Counted from the first letter of the whole stretch, positions 50,628 to 63,523 are shown. The stretch: DNA of 63,523 bases, filler included, from Octopus bimaculoides (GCF_001194135.2; 6 parts of 6 records of this genome joined end to end with filler, not necessarily neighbours in it), one strand, 5' to 3'. Numbers and translations: made by a program. The notes: a model not told the origin generated them from the letters alone.

Positions 50628-51574
50628 ACGAAGGGGACAACCAAAGTATTAAATACTACAGAGTAACATTAATAACGGTTGAGTGTTCCGAATAACGTCA
50701 GGAAATGTAAATAGGAGGAGAGGAAAACTTTGGCGGTCGGTTCCATTAAATCAAACTCTAAATATTAGTTATAAAGAGAGCAAGAAATCCACAATCTATA
50801 AAAACAAACAATCAACATCCAGATATAAAAATAATAAAATTCGCACGAGGCATTTTTCGTCCCCTTAAGGGTCGTTGTTTTGGCCTAATGGTCAACTTCA
50901 TAACAATTTAGCCTCAGGCCATTTCCTGTTTGGGAAGCGACAGCTCTTCTCCCCAAGGAACCTTACGCTTCTGCTGTCTGTCCAACGACGCTAACTGCCC
51001 TGGAAAACGTCTTGTAAAGAACATTCCAGAGGCTGAACGGACAAAGAAGGTGCATTTTGGCATTACTCGGACAGTAAATCTTCTGGCTCCGAAATATATG
51101 CCATTTATTTTGAGAGGTGGGCGTATCAGAATCCATACTGAACTAGAGCGGTAATGAAATAACGGAAGTTGTCATTGCAATGTCAGTCTATGTCCGTTTT
51201 TCTCACTAATTTAAAGGGATTAAATGCCAAGTCTTTCGGTGTCCAAAATTTGACTCTAACCAGTTCAAGACCGACCAACCAAACTAATATCCAACCAACC
51301 CCAACCGACCCTACACATAAGTGTCACACTCTCACTCTGTTTCATCATATTAGTGACACCAAACAATATGAAACAACAGATGACTCTTAGACTTCATTTT
51401 CCCGTTTTCGTTTAAATATTTGTTCCTTTCTTTCGCAAAATTCGTCCCTATATTCATTTTCTTTTTCTTTTAGTATTTCTTTCAGGCTTTCTCGCTTCCT
51501 TCTCTACTCACTTTCTCCCTATCACTCATTCAGTCCCTCACTCTCTCTATTTTTTCACTTTCAACCACTCTCTG

Positions 51575-51580
51575 TCTATC

Positions 51581-51646
<66 letters not shown>

Positions 51647-52135
51647 ATTTGGCTTCTGTGTGTGTGTGTGTGTGTGTGCATATATGTATATATGTATTAT
51701 ATATTTATCTACCTATCAATCGAGTTATCCATCTAGCTACTTATCTATCTGTCTGTCAGTCCGGCTATCTTTTTCTATTTAGATAAATATTTATCCATCT
51801 ATCTATTGATCTACCTATCTATCTATGTAACTATCGATCTGGCTGTTTACTTATCTATCAATCGATCTACCTACATATCTATCTATCTATCTATCTATCT
51901 AGCGAACTGCCTGTCTATTTATCTGTCTTACTCCCTAACTATCGCTTTATCTGTCTATCAGTCTGTATTTCTATCTAACGTTCTATCTAAATTTCTTTCT
52001 ATCTATCTATCTATCTATTTATCTATTACACTTTCAATCTATAACTCTATCCACCCACTTATCTACCTTTCTGTCTATTTGTCTATTCGTCCAGCCATCC
52101 AAATGCCTACCTATATTTCTATCTTCATATAGAGA
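51575..52135. repeat. Decayed (TATC)n low-complexity tract
   Basis: Perfect TATC runs grading into degenerate 4-bp periodic sequence. Confidence 0.8.
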
Positions 52136-52846
52136 GGTTGATAGATATTTATTGATATTTTTATACAAACACACGTTCAAATACTCGCGCGAGCGCGTTG
52201 CAATTCGTGTTTCCCCGCCCCGCCATGCCCCCCCCCCNNNNNNNNNNNNNNNNNNNNNNNNNNNNNNNNNNNNNNNNNNNNNNNNNNNNNNNNNNNNNNN
52301 NNNNNNNNNNNNNNNNNNNNNNNNNNNNNNNNNNNNNNNNNNNNNNNNNNNNNNNNNNNNNNNNNNNNNNNNNNNNNNNNNNNNNNNNNNNNNNNNNNNN
52401 NNNNNNNNNNNNNNNNNNNNNNNNNNNNNNNNNNNNNNNNNNNNNNNNNNNNNNNNNNNNNNNNNNNNNNNNNNNNNNNNNNNNNNNNNNNNNNNNNNNN
52501 NNNNNNNNNNNNNNNNNNNNNNNNNNNNNNNNNNNNNNNNNNNNNNNNNNNNNNNNNNNNNNNNNNNNNNNNNNNNNNNNNNNNNNNNNNNNNNNNNNNN
52601 NNNNNNNNNNNNNNNNNNNNNNNNNNNNNNNNNNNNNNNNNNNNNNNNNNNNNNNNNNNNNNNNNNNNNNNNNNNNNNNNNNNNNNNNNNNNNNNNNNNN
52701 NNNNNNNNNNNNNNNNNNNNNNNNNNNNNNNNNNNNNNNNNNNNNNNNNNNNNNNNNNNNNNNNNNNNNNNNNNNNNNNNNNNNNNNNNNNNNNNNNNNN
52801 NNNNNNNNNNNNNNNNNNNNNNNNNNNNNNNNNNNNNNNNNNNNNG

Positions 52847-52921
52847 TTATCATCATCATCATCATCATCGTCATCATCATCATCATCATCATCAACATCA
52901 TCATCATCATCATCATCGTCG

Positions 52922-52960
<39 letters not shown>

Positions 52961-53190
52961 ACATCGTCATTATCAACATCATCATCATCGTCATCATCAT
53001 CAGCATCATCATCATCATCACCGTCATCATTATCATCATCATCATCGCCATCATCATCATCATCACCATCAGCATCATCGCCATCATCATCATCGCCATC
53101 ATCATCATCGCCATCATCATTATCACCATCATCATTATCGTCATCATCATCATTTTCATCGTCATTGTCATCATCATCATCATAATCATA
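52847..53190. repeat. Interrupted (CAT)n microsatellite
   Basis: CAT array with CGT, CAA, CAC and CGC variants; source of the poly-His, poly-Ile and poly-Met pseudo-ORFs. Confidence 0.95.
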
Positions 53191-53650
53191 CCATTAAGAC
53201 AAATGTATAGATTAACTGCGAAAAGGAAAATCCGTTAAATCCCCAGACAGAATGCCTTATAGTGTCAAATTACGGACCTGCGCGTTCAGTTTCGAATCTC
53301 TCCGATGTCAACATCATCTTTTTTAAGTTATCAATAAGTTAAAAGATCATTAAAATATAATACCAATTATTGCGCTAGCTTTCTTATAAACGATTGTACC
53401 CATATCGAAAACCTGAAACCTTGTATCTATATTAGATTTCAATATGGCAAATGCTTAGAATAAGAGGGATTAGAACGGATTAGTCCCTAGATTTAGATTT
53501 AATGTTATCTCTCTTCACTGATAACTGCTGACGAGTCCGTCTCACAATTCCTCTTCAATCCATAGATCAATCCATAGATCAATCTATGTATCTCTCTATC
53601 GATCTATCTGTCTATTTTTTTATTTATATCTCTGTCTAACTGTCCATATG

Positions 53651-53684
<34 letters not shown>

Positions 53685-54534
53685 TATGTATGTATATANN
53701 NNNNNNNNNNNNNNNNNNNNNNNNNNNNNNNNNNNNNNNNNNNNNNNNNNNNNNNNNNNNNNNNNNNNNNNNNNNNNNNNNNNNNNNNNNNNNNNNNNNN
53801 NNNNNNNNNNNNNNNNNNNNNNNNNNNNNNNNNNNNNNNNNNNNNNNNNNNNNNNNNNNNNNNNNNNNNNNNNNNNNNNNNNNNNNNNNNNNNNNNNNNN
53901 NNNNNNNNNNNNNNNNNNNNNNNNNNNNNNNNNNNNNNNNNNNNNNNNNNNNNNNNNNNNNNNNNNNNNNNNNNNNNNNNNNNNNNNNNNNNNNNNNNNN
54001 NNNNNNNNNNNNNNNNNNNNNNNNNNNNNNNNNNNNNNNNNNNNNNNNNNNNNNNNNNNNNNNNNNNNNNNNNNNNNNNNNNNNNNNNNNNNNNNNNNNN
54101 NNNNNNNNNNNNNNNNNNNNNNNNNNNNNNNNNNNNNNNNNNNNNNNNNNNNNNNNNNNNNNNNNNNNNNNNNNNNNNNNNNNNNNNNNNNNNNNNNNNN
54201 NNNNNNNNNNNNNNNNNNNNNNNNNNNNNNNNNNNNNNNNNNNNNNNNNNNNNNNNNNNNNNNNNNNNNNNNNNNNNNNNNNNNNNNNNNNNNNNNNNNN
54301 NNNNNNNNNTATATATATATATATATGTATGTATGTATGTATGAATACATACATGTACACGAGCAGACATACTCCTTTCGCTTCCATAGGCCAAAATCCT
54401 TCCGAACCGGAAGTTGGAAACCAGTAAGTGTCCTTTACTTTCACTTGCTTGTCCAATTAAAATGGACGCCTGAAGGCATTGGTGATAGCAATACGCTGTA
54501 CCACACGGCACATACTTCTCGTATCTAACTCTTA

Positions 54535-54561
54535 AATCTAGCTCTCTTTCTTTCCTCTTTG

Positions 54562-54593
<32 letters not shown>

Positions 54594-55318
54594 CTTTCTC
54601 TAGGCTCCACACATACTTTCTCTCACATATGCTTTCCCTCTCTCTCTCTCTCTGTTCTGTCTCGTCTTTCTCTTTCTCTCTCACAGGCACACAGATACAC
54701 ACATGCACATACATACACACACAGTCACACGTACACTCGTTTTACCCCCTCTCTCTCTTAGCTTTACTTCTTCTATTTCTCACACTGTGTTTCTTACAAT
54801 CCCCATTTAGTTCTGGTTCTGCCTCGTTCTCAAGTACTCAGTTCCTTACGCTTGCAATGTGTATATATGATATATNNNNNNNNNNATATATATATATATA
54901 TATATACACACACAAACCTATCAACGTTTCGCTCTATCTATCTGTCTATCTATCTATCCATGTATGCATCTATCTGTCTATCTGTCTATCTATCTGTCTA
55001 TCTATCCATCTATCTGTTTATCTATCCATGCATTCATCTGTCTATCTATCTTCTATGTATCGGTCTATCTATCTGTCTGTCTGTCTATGTACTTATCTGC
55101 GTCAATCAAATTCTTTTCTCTTCCGCGAGTTGAAGTCATATGAAGACGTTACACGCTCAATCAAACGTTTTGTGTCCATCCATCTTATGGCTGCTGTTAT
55201 GTCTTTTCACCGATTGGTCACTCCTCCGTTTCAGCACTTCTCTTTTATAATTACGTCTCACCCTCTCTCACCATTCTCTCTCTCCCTCTTGCACCTATCG
55301 CTCTTTCTTTCTCCACGT

Positions 55319-55357
<39 letters not shown>

Positions 55358-55691
55358 TCTCTCTCTCTATCTATCTATCCATCTCCTTCTCTCTCTCTCT
55401 CTCTCTCTCTCAATCTCTCTCTCTATCTATGTACCTATATCTCTTTCTATCTATCTATTTATTTATCTATCTCTTTCCCTCTCTGTCTCTCTCTCTCTCT
55501 CCATCCCTCTCTCTCTGTATCTCTATCTTTTCTCTCTGTCTTTCTCTCTCTATCTATCTATCTATCTATCTCTCTTTCTCTCTATCTCTCTTTTCTCTCT
55601 CTGTCTCCCTCTCTCTCTATTTATCTATCTATTTACTTTTGACATGCATCATTCTGTCTATCTTACCTTTCTCTCTTTCTTTATCCACGTT

Positions 55692-55735
<44 letters not shown>

Positions 55736-55850
55736 CCATCTATCTATCTGTCTATCTATCTTCTTCTATCTATCTTCTTCTCTCTCTCTCTGTATATCTA
55801 TCTAGCTATCTCCGTCTCTCTCTCTTCCTCTCTCTTGCTCGTCTTCCGGT
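54535..55850. repeat. (TC)n/(TATC)n pyrimidine-rich low-complexity region
   Basis: Visible mixed arrays. Confidence 0.85.
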
Positions 55851-55924
55851 ATCTCTTTTTGGCATGCTTCACTACGTAAGCATGTATGCGTGTGCATTCG
55901 TATGTGTGTGGGGGCATGTTTGTG

Positions 55925-56024
55925 NNNNNNNNNNNNNNNNNNNNNNNNNNNNNNNNNNNNNNNNNNNNTTAATTAATTAANNNNNNNNNNNNNNNNNNNN
56001 NNNNNNNNNNNNNNNNNNNNNNNN
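55925..56024. other. Artificial scaffold-joining spacer
   Basis: 44 N + TTAATTAATTAA (55969-55980) + 44 N. Confidence 0.97.
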
Positions 56025-56309
56025 TATATATATATATATATATATTGTTATATTATATTATATGTATGTATGTATATATACATTCATTTATCATTACATA
56101 TGCGTATATAAATATACATTCCTCGACCAATATATGTACATATACACCTATAAAGAGAGAGTGGCGTGGATATATGTATACTAGTAATGTACATAATACA
56201 TAGAAGGTCTGTTCACTCGTGCGTACCTTCGTGGGGACAAATACATGTTTGTAGACATGCGACAGAGAAGTGGGGAGTGAGATAAAAGTTGAATATATGG
56301 GCAGATATA

Positions 56310-56490
56310 TAGATAAACTGGTGTTGGTCTGTTTACGGCCCTATAACCTATCAGTTCGGTTCGGTACCAGAGACGGATAACATAAGTATCAGGCTTTAAA
56401 GAATTATATTCTTGGGTCAATTCGTTCGACTAAACTTCCGCTAGGTGGTGCCCCAGCGTGACTGCACTCTAATGAGTAAAACAAGTAAAA
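56310..56490 (+). mobile_element. SINE family B 3' half, diverged
   Basis: TGTTTACGGCCCTATAAC..GGTTCGG..GAGACGGATAACATAAGTA..GGGTCAATTCGTTCGACTAAA..GGTGGTGCCCCAGCGTG. Confidence 0.75.
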
Positions 56491-56496
56491 TATAAC

Positions 56497-56529
<33 letters not shown>

Positions 56530-57459
56530 GATACATTCACGCATACATACATACGTGGGTATCCTTTGTGTTCTTCAAAGAATACACTAACTCGGAGAAG
56601 CAACGGGGAGTAATTTCATCACTATAGCAGTTAATTACACACTAACACGTTATTGAGTACTTTTCAATCTTGTTTGTACATTCAGATATATGACATTCAT
56701 GTGTTCCACTATATCTACTATATGTATTTTTCTTTATGCATATACCTGTAAGTATACGTGAGACTGTTTATACGGGTGTGTTAATATATATATATATATC
56801 GATATATNNNNNNNNNNNNNNNNNNNNNNNNNNNNNNNNNNNNNNNNNNNNNNNNNNNNNNNCACATATATATATATATATGTATGTATGTGTGTATGTA
56901 TGTATAATTTTACGAGTATCTAAACGTTGCTTGCGAACAAAACCGTATCACGTGACATGCCTTTGACTTTCTCATCAGAAATCGATACAAAATATTTCAA
57001 TCCCAATTCTCTTTGTTTATTCATTTTTTTGCTCTGTATTTATTTTCAACTTTTATTGCTTTTTATATTTGCTTGGTTTTTGTTTGTTTTGGTTTTGCCT
57101 TTTTTTTTGTTTTTGCTACCATTCTCTTTTCTTTCTTTTTTTCTCTTTTGCTTCTTAATTTTTTTTTCCGTGTTCTCGTTCCACACTCGAAACTTCTCGT
57201 TGAACTTACTTTAATGAAATATTCTTGCGGCTTTTTTCTTCTTCTTCTGTTTTGTTGTTGCCGTTGTTCTTTCTTGTTGATGTTGTTGTAGTCTTGATGT
57301 TTGTTTACAGTATTGGCAGTGTCAATCCCATTTTTCCAGCTCAATGAACAATGCCAAAGTCTTCACTCGTGCTTATGGCAATATTCAAAGAAACCCGTTT
57401 TGTAAACTGGCTTTCTTTGTTTTCAAGTCTTTCGATTGATTTCATTTACTCCTCCCATC

Positions 57460-58260
57460 TTCTTAAGCCATCCACCTCGTTTCCCTGTCAACCGGTCACG
57501 CTATCGACCTATCACCTAACTATCTGGTCACACTGTTATACGGTTATCTTTCTATCTCGTCACCATGCAAAACACTTCCGCCCTAGTCAACTGTTAATTG
57601 TTTTGTACTCTCAGCCTGTCAATTTGGCAAATTGTACCGTTCCTCAAATTACGTTATCAGACATTTACCGGGTCACTTTTCCGCCCTAATCCAGTCGCCC
57701 TGTCATTTGGTCAATTCATCGTCTGGATACTACATTTCTATCTTAACGTATCCCTTTGCCATTTAGCCACCCTGTCATCCTCTCACATTATCCTTGTTTC
57801 ATCCATTATCCTTGTTCACTCTTCACTCGGTCACCCTATCATGCTGTCTACCTCTAAAATGGTTACAATGCCAACCTCTTTCCTTGTCAACTTGTCATCT
57901 GATTTCTTTGTCAATCTATAACACGCTCTCAACCTCTTGTCCGATTAACCTGTCAACCTGCTATTCTATCACCTTGTTACGCTGTCCATCACTCATCTGG
58001 TTCTTCTGTCAAAGTATTGCCCTATCAAGCTGTTATGCTGTCAAGCTGTTATGCTGTCAAGCTGTTATGCTGTCAAGCTGTTATGCTGTCAAGCTGTTAT
58101 GCTGTCAAGCTGTCTGTTGTCAACCTATCACTTGATTACTCCGCCAACATTTCATTTTGACAAGCTATCAACGTCTCAAATAGTTATCGTGATGACCTGT
58201 CACATTGTCACACTGCCAATGTGTCACAGCTGAACCTGTCAAAATGTCATTTGTTCGCAT
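57460..58260. repeat. Cryptic 8-bp-period satellite with a young 16-bp higher-order core
   Basis: TCAAGCTGTTATGCTG x5.5 at 58025-58112, flanked by degenerate units such as TCAACCTG, TCACGCTA and TCGACCTA. Confidence 0.75.
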
Positions 58261-58388
58261 TGTCAATTTTGTACTAATTCGATGTCAGCTTTGAAGAGAA
58301 ATACACAAGAGGGAAAGAGATGAAAGACAGAAATCATTAGACTTCGATATATATCTCTAACTGTTATATGATGAGTCACACTCTAATA

Positions 58389-58460
58389 CAGTGGTTTCCA
58401 GCGTGTGGTCCGCGGACTCCCGGTGGTCCGCAAAGGTAATACTGGGGGTCTGTGAGCTAA
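58389..58460 (+). mobile_element. hAT (Charlie-like) left end
   Basis: CTCTAATA|CAGTGGTTTCCAGCGTGTGGTCCGCGGAC; same family as 39945-40020. Confidence 0.7.
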
Positions 58461-59624
58461 ACTGTGTGTGTGTGTGTGTGTGTGTGCGTGCGTGCGTTGC
58501 TATCGGTATACATATTACATTTTACAGGTGATGTAGTAATACTGCGAGTATTGTCAAGGTATTTGAAGCGTGTCTGGATTATAATAAACTTCTCACGGCA
58601 CAGAATTTGAGATGCTTTTTTTGTTTTTTTCGTAAAAAAAAAAGATATTTCTTCAATTTTATACAAGATCAAAGAAAGAAAATACTTTCTTTAATTTTTT
58701 ACTTTGAAATTAACTGACCGATGATTTTTTTTATGTATTCCTTTCAGGTAATAATAATTATTTAAATACCCAGACGTTCGTTTGAAAATGACGTTAGAAG
58801 AAAAAGAATTGATTGGAAAAATCAATGAAAAGCAGCTGCCATTTTGTTTGTCCTTTATTTCATTTTATTTCTTTTTAAACTTGTTCAAAGGTGCGCGAGT
58901 GTGTCTTTGTGTATATGTGTGTGTATGTGTGTGTATGTGTTTGTGTTGAAGGGATCAGCGACAGAAGTTAATTTATGACTATTGGTTATGGTAGCTATAT
59001 TTACTTAACTTCATTTTTTTTTTCCTTTTCTTCACATTATTCATGGACAGATACAACAAATAACGTCAGATGAAAATTCATAATAAAAAAATACACAAAA
59101 ATTAAGCATATTCTAGATAAAACAACACGTTCTGATCTTTTACAATGCGAGTCCTAATTTATCTCTAGGGTACCCTTTTAACATGGACCCTTATGGAGAT
59201 TCAACACAATAAATACCAGTAAGGCGCATGAGTAGGGGATCTCGAATCAATGGGTGGTATTTTGCTTTCCTAACAATACCATTTTTTTTTGGTTTTGTTT
59301 TTTTTTTTTTGCTGCCAAAAGAAATCAATATATCGTAGTTTGTAATGATTTATTTCTGAGTCAGCAGTCCAATAGTGATTATTTTATATGGCTTTATTAA
59401 ATATATGTGTATACATGCATGNNNNNNNNNNNNNNNNNNNNNNNNNNNNNNNNNNNNNNNNNNNNNNNNNNNNNNNNNNNNNNNNNNNNNNNNNNNNNNN
59501 NNNNNNNNNNNNNNNNNNNNNNNNNNNNNNNNNNNNNNNNNNNNNNNNNNNNNNNNNNNNNNNNNNNNNNNNNNNNNNNNNNNNTATATATATATACATA
59601 TATATATATTAAATAATAAAGTTA

Positions 59625-59712
59625 ATGTTTGGTAAAAGAGTGACCAGTGGTTTCGCATCCACGAAGGCTGTAGCTTCGCGGACAGACTAATCAGACTCTA
59701 GTCCGAACACAA
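59625..59712 (-). ncRNA. Type I hammerhead ribozyme-like motif with a G8U core substitution, probably from a Penelope-like or retrozyme repeat
   Basis: Minus strand: AGAGU-CUGAUUA-G..UCCGCGAAG[CUACAGC]CUUCGUGGA..C-GAAA-CC[ACU]GG-UC-ACUCU. Stems I, II and III pair, with a GUC cleavage triplet. Confidence 0.7.
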
Positions 59713-59909
59713 ATTTAACACTTCACCTCTGAGGGGTAGAAATCTGTTATATTGTCTATATATATATATACATGTGTGTGCGTATGTGTGTGAGGTGGGG
59801 GGTTGTGTGTGTATTAGTAAAAATTAAGGGAGCATTCCTTATTTTTAATATTGTCTATGTGTGTGTGTGTATTATTAAAAATTAAGGGAGTGATCCTTGT
59901 TTTTAATAT

Positions 59910-59956
<47 letters not shown>

Positions 59957-60781
59957 GTATGTGTGTGTGTGTTTGGGTGGGTGCGCGCACGTGCTTGTGT
60001 GTGTGTCTGTCTGTCTGTGTCTAAGACCCTGAAGAGGCTAGCCGCTATTTTTTGGTTTGAAAACTATACCAACTCATGTAAGGGACACCATTGCACAGTA
60101 CCGAAAATCCTTTTATCTCCATCTACAGTAAAGACGCAATGCTTTAACAGCCTGCTGTTCAAGAAAGGGCCAATGGCGTTTCGCTAACCTTCCGTGAAGG
60201 CCTCACATATCGACGACATCTAGATGGGGTCTGTAGTAAAAATAGACACGTAGTGACCAATTTTGTAGACACGATATAGTATGAAACTAGGTCACGGCAA
60301 AGAAGGCCCGTGTTAGCAAGCTCTCTAATTCACCTGAACTATATATACATGGAGAAAGGGACGGGGAAATGATGTAAAATAAACCAGCAATCACACAAAT
60401 GCTGTTGCTCTAGCATGGTCACAACCTCTAGCTAAAACAAATAAAACAAATATATATTTTTATATATAGCTATAGATATATATGTATATGTAAATGCTTA
60501 TACACATGTACAATTATGAATATACATATATGGGTGTGCCAGCGCATGCGTGTTGGGGTGTATGTACGCGCGCGGGTTTGTGTCCGTGCATGCGCATGTA
60601 TGTGTAGTTGCAGGGCGGGAATGTAGAACACACGTAGAATGGTTAATGTCACAAAGGCACATTTAAGTGCTTGTACATAGTAATGCCTGCGCAGATATGT
60701 GAGTATATAATATATATATACATATATATTATATACACACATATCTGCGCATGCGTGGCTGTAAACAAGCACTTAAAATAC

Positions 60782-60878
<97 letters not shown>

Positions 60879-61246
60879 TACATGCATATCCATACATAAA
60901 TGCATACACACGTACATACATACATGCAAGCCTACATAGATACATACATACATAGAGACAAACAGACAGACAGACATATAAATATATGTACATATATATT
61001 TATGCAAATAGAACTGGCATAATATATATATATATATATATAAATAAGTACAATTAAATGTGCATAACAATTAAATGTAAACGAAATAAATAATACATGC
61101 AAATAAGTAATTAATAGCTATATAAACAAACAAATGCAAATATATGCAAATGAGACTTGCATGCATGCATGAATACATACATATGCATATACATATATAT
61201 ATATATACATCTACATATATGTATATATATATATACATATCCATCC

Positions 61247-61295
<49 letters not shown>

Positions 61296-61495
61296 ATAGA
61301 TAGATATGTATGTATATGTGTATGTTTTTGTGTGTGTGTGACTGTGTGTGTTATGTCTGTATATACATATACATACATGTTATGTATATATAAATCCATG
61401 AGCACAATATATATATACACGCAGCTATATAGCTGTATGTCTATTTGCACGTATGTACATATTTACACATATATAGAGATATATATGTGTGTATA

Positions 61496-61530
<35 letters not shown>

Positions 61531-61539
61531 TTATATATA

Positions 61540-61639
61540 NNNNNNNNNNNNNNNNNNNNNNNNNNNNNNNNNNNNNNNNNNNNTTAATTAATTAANNNNN
61601 NNNNNNNNNNNNNNNNNNNNNNNNNNNNNNNNNNNNNNN
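61540..61639. other. Artificial scaffold-joining spacer
   Basis: 44 N + TTAATTAATTAA (61584-61595) + 44 N. Confidence 0.97.
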
Positions 61640-62117
61640 AACTCACTCCTATTCGCAAATTCACACGATCCTACACGCTATCGAATCTTAGACACCTCTC
61701 TTCATTATCGCTTGACCCGCCAGATGTCGCAGCGCATTGTCCCTCAAATCACATCCTGCTCTCGTGAATAGTGAATCACATGGTAGAAAATTTATCCTTA
61801 ATCTATAGCACTAAGACGGGATGGGCATGACAGGAAAACTTGCGATGCTATGTTTGCTGATCTGTGGCTAAGTATTGAAAATATGCGATAATAGAGCCAG
61901 TCCTTACGGAATCTTCCTTCCTACCTGTTAAAACTAGTGAACGAAATTCAGTTCAGTCCCTCTGTTCGAGGAGACCCTGAGCCTTCTCATAATAGCAGGA
62001 ATTTTCGGGGGTGGTCACAGCTAACAGGTTATTGGTTACGCGCACACACTTATGTAATTATGTTTATATGTGTTATTTCTGTACTACCCACAATGGGCTA
62101 CACACAGACGGGACAAA

Positions 62118-62222
62118 CAAGGACAGGCAATCGGATTAAGTCGATTATATCGACCCCAGTGCGTAACAGGTACTTATTCAATCGACCCCGAAAGGATGAA
62201 AGGCAAAGTCGACCTCGCCTAA
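62118..62222 (-). mobile_element. SINE family A 3' half
   Basis: GTCGATTATATCGACCCCAGTGCGTAACAGGTACTTATT..CGACCCCGAAAGGATGAAAGGCAAAGTCGACCTCG. Confidence 0.88.
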
Positions 62223-63245
62223 TTATGTTTCTGTGCGTGTGTGTGTGTGCGTGTGTGCGTCCTCCCTATCTGTCTCTCACTAATTCTCAATGTGTGTCGT
62301 AATGATACACGTGTGTGTGAGTGTGTGTATACACACGCACACACATACACACGTTTATATATTCACGCGTACCCCCCCCCCCNNNNNNNNNNNNNNNNNN
62401 NNNNNNNNNNNNNNNNNNNNNNNNNNNNNNNNNNNNNNNNNNNNNNNNNNNNNNNNNNNNNNNNNNNNNNNNNNNNNNNNNNNNNNNNNNNNNNNNNNNN
62501 NNNNNNNNNNNNNNNNNNNNNNNNNNNNNNNNNNNNNNNNNNNNNNNNNNNNNNNNNNNNNNNNNNNNNNNNNNNNNNNNNNNNNNNNNNNNNNNNNNNN
62601 NNNNNNNNNNNNNNNNNNNNNNNNNNNNNNNNNNNNNNNNNNNNNNNNNNNNNNNNNNNNNNNNNNNNNNNNNNNNNNNNNNNNNNNNNNNNNNNNNNNN
62701 NNNNNNNNNNNNNNNNNNNNNNNNNNNNNNNNNNNNNNNNNNNNNNNNNNNNNNNNNNNNNNNNNNNNNNNNNNNNNNNNNNNNNNNNNNNNNNNNNNNN
62801 NNNNNNNNNNNNNNNNNNNNNNNNNNNNNNNNNNNNNNNNNNNNNNNNNNNNNNNNNNNNNNNNNNNNNNNNNNNNNNNNNNNNNNNNNNNNNNNNNNNN
62901 NNNNNNNNNNNNNNNNNNNNNNNNNNNNNNNNNNNNNNNNNNNNNNNNNNNNNNNNNNNNNNNNNNNNNNNNNNNNNNNNNNNNNNNNNNNNNNNNNNNN
63001 NNNNNNNNNNNNNNNNNNNNNNNNNNNNNNNNNNNNNNNNNNNNNNNNNNNNNNNNNNNNNNNNNNNNNNNNNNTGTTTAAAGAAAAAAAAAACACAAAA
63101 AAAAAGAGTTCCTGTTGCGAGTTAATGTTTTGTAAATATCTTTGGAATTACAATCATTCATTACATTTCTGTTTAACCCCGAGTTATTCCTGAATGAGTA
63201 AATAAGCGATCGAGCATCATTATTACAGCAATGTTTTAAGGTGGT

Positions 63246-63468
63246 AAGACGGCGAGCTGGCAGAAACGTTAGCACGCCGGACGAAATGCTTTGCGGTATT
63301 TCGTCTGTGTTTATGTTCTGTGTTCAAATTCCGCCACGGTCGACTTTGCTTTTCATCATTTTGGGGTCGATAAATTAAGTACCAGTTGCGTACTGGGGTT
63401 GTTTTAACCGACTGTGTCCCCCTCTCTCCAAATTTCTGACCTTGTGCCTAGAGAAGAAAAGACTATTT
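63246..63468 (+). mobile_element. SINE family A, full length, CpG-intact
   Basis: A-box-like TGGCAGAAACG, B-box GTTCAAATTCC, core and tail; used here as the working consensus. Confidence 0.92.
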
Positions 63469-63523
63469 TAAGCCGGCGAGCTGGCAGAAACGTTAGCACG
63501 CCGAACGAAATGCTTAGCGGTAT
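63469..63523 (+). mobile_element. SINE family A head, tandem with the previous copy, truncated by window end
   Basis: AAGCCGGCGAGCTGGCAGAAACGTTAGCACGCCGAACGAAATGCTTAGCGGTAT. Confidence 0.9.

Noticed and set aside
50860-51160. piggyBac end (CCCTTAAGGG) and a 74-aa ORF
   Set aside because: The arrangement is the reverse of TTAA-CCC...GGG-TTAA termini, and no transposase motif is convincing.
52152-53238. His-rich or Met-rich protein
   Set aside because: A pure (CAT)n microsatellite plus a gap, open in several frames on both strands.
60020-60050. CTGAAGA-GGCTAGCC minimal hammerhead start
   Set aside because: No GAAA or stem III follows.

Overview
AT-rich, microsatellite-saturated eukaryotic DNA from a gappy draft assembly. 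The repeat repertoire (several tRNA-derived SINE families, RTE LINE ends, Penelope-like remnants, hAT and Tc1/mariner non-autonomous elements) resembles an octopus/cephalopod genome; this taxon call is from recognition, not a database search. The window is not one contiguous locus: five identical artificial 100-bp spacers (44 N + TTAATTAATTAA + 44 N) join six pieces (1-10253, 10354-15425, 15526-47302, 47403-55924, 56025-61539, 61640-63523). No protein-coding gene, tRNA or rRNA gene can be supported. Nearly all ORFs in the supplied track are microsatellite or N-gap translations. Best observations: (1) a near-canonical type I hammerhead ribozyme fold on the minus strand at 59625-59712 with one core substitution, plus decayed Penelope-like GIY-YIG sequence elsewhere in the window; (2) a sharp CpG-decay contrast, visible within the same SINE families, between the first piece and the rest, suggesting a methylated versus an unmethylated compartment; (3) a 537-bp fold-back Tc1/mariner MITE whose two arms are both the 3' end of a transposase gene; (4) head-to-tail SINE stacks, an internally inverted SINE, and cryptic 32-bp and 8/16-bp satellites. 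SINE family letters A-D are my own labels. I did not find a multi-gene novel system.
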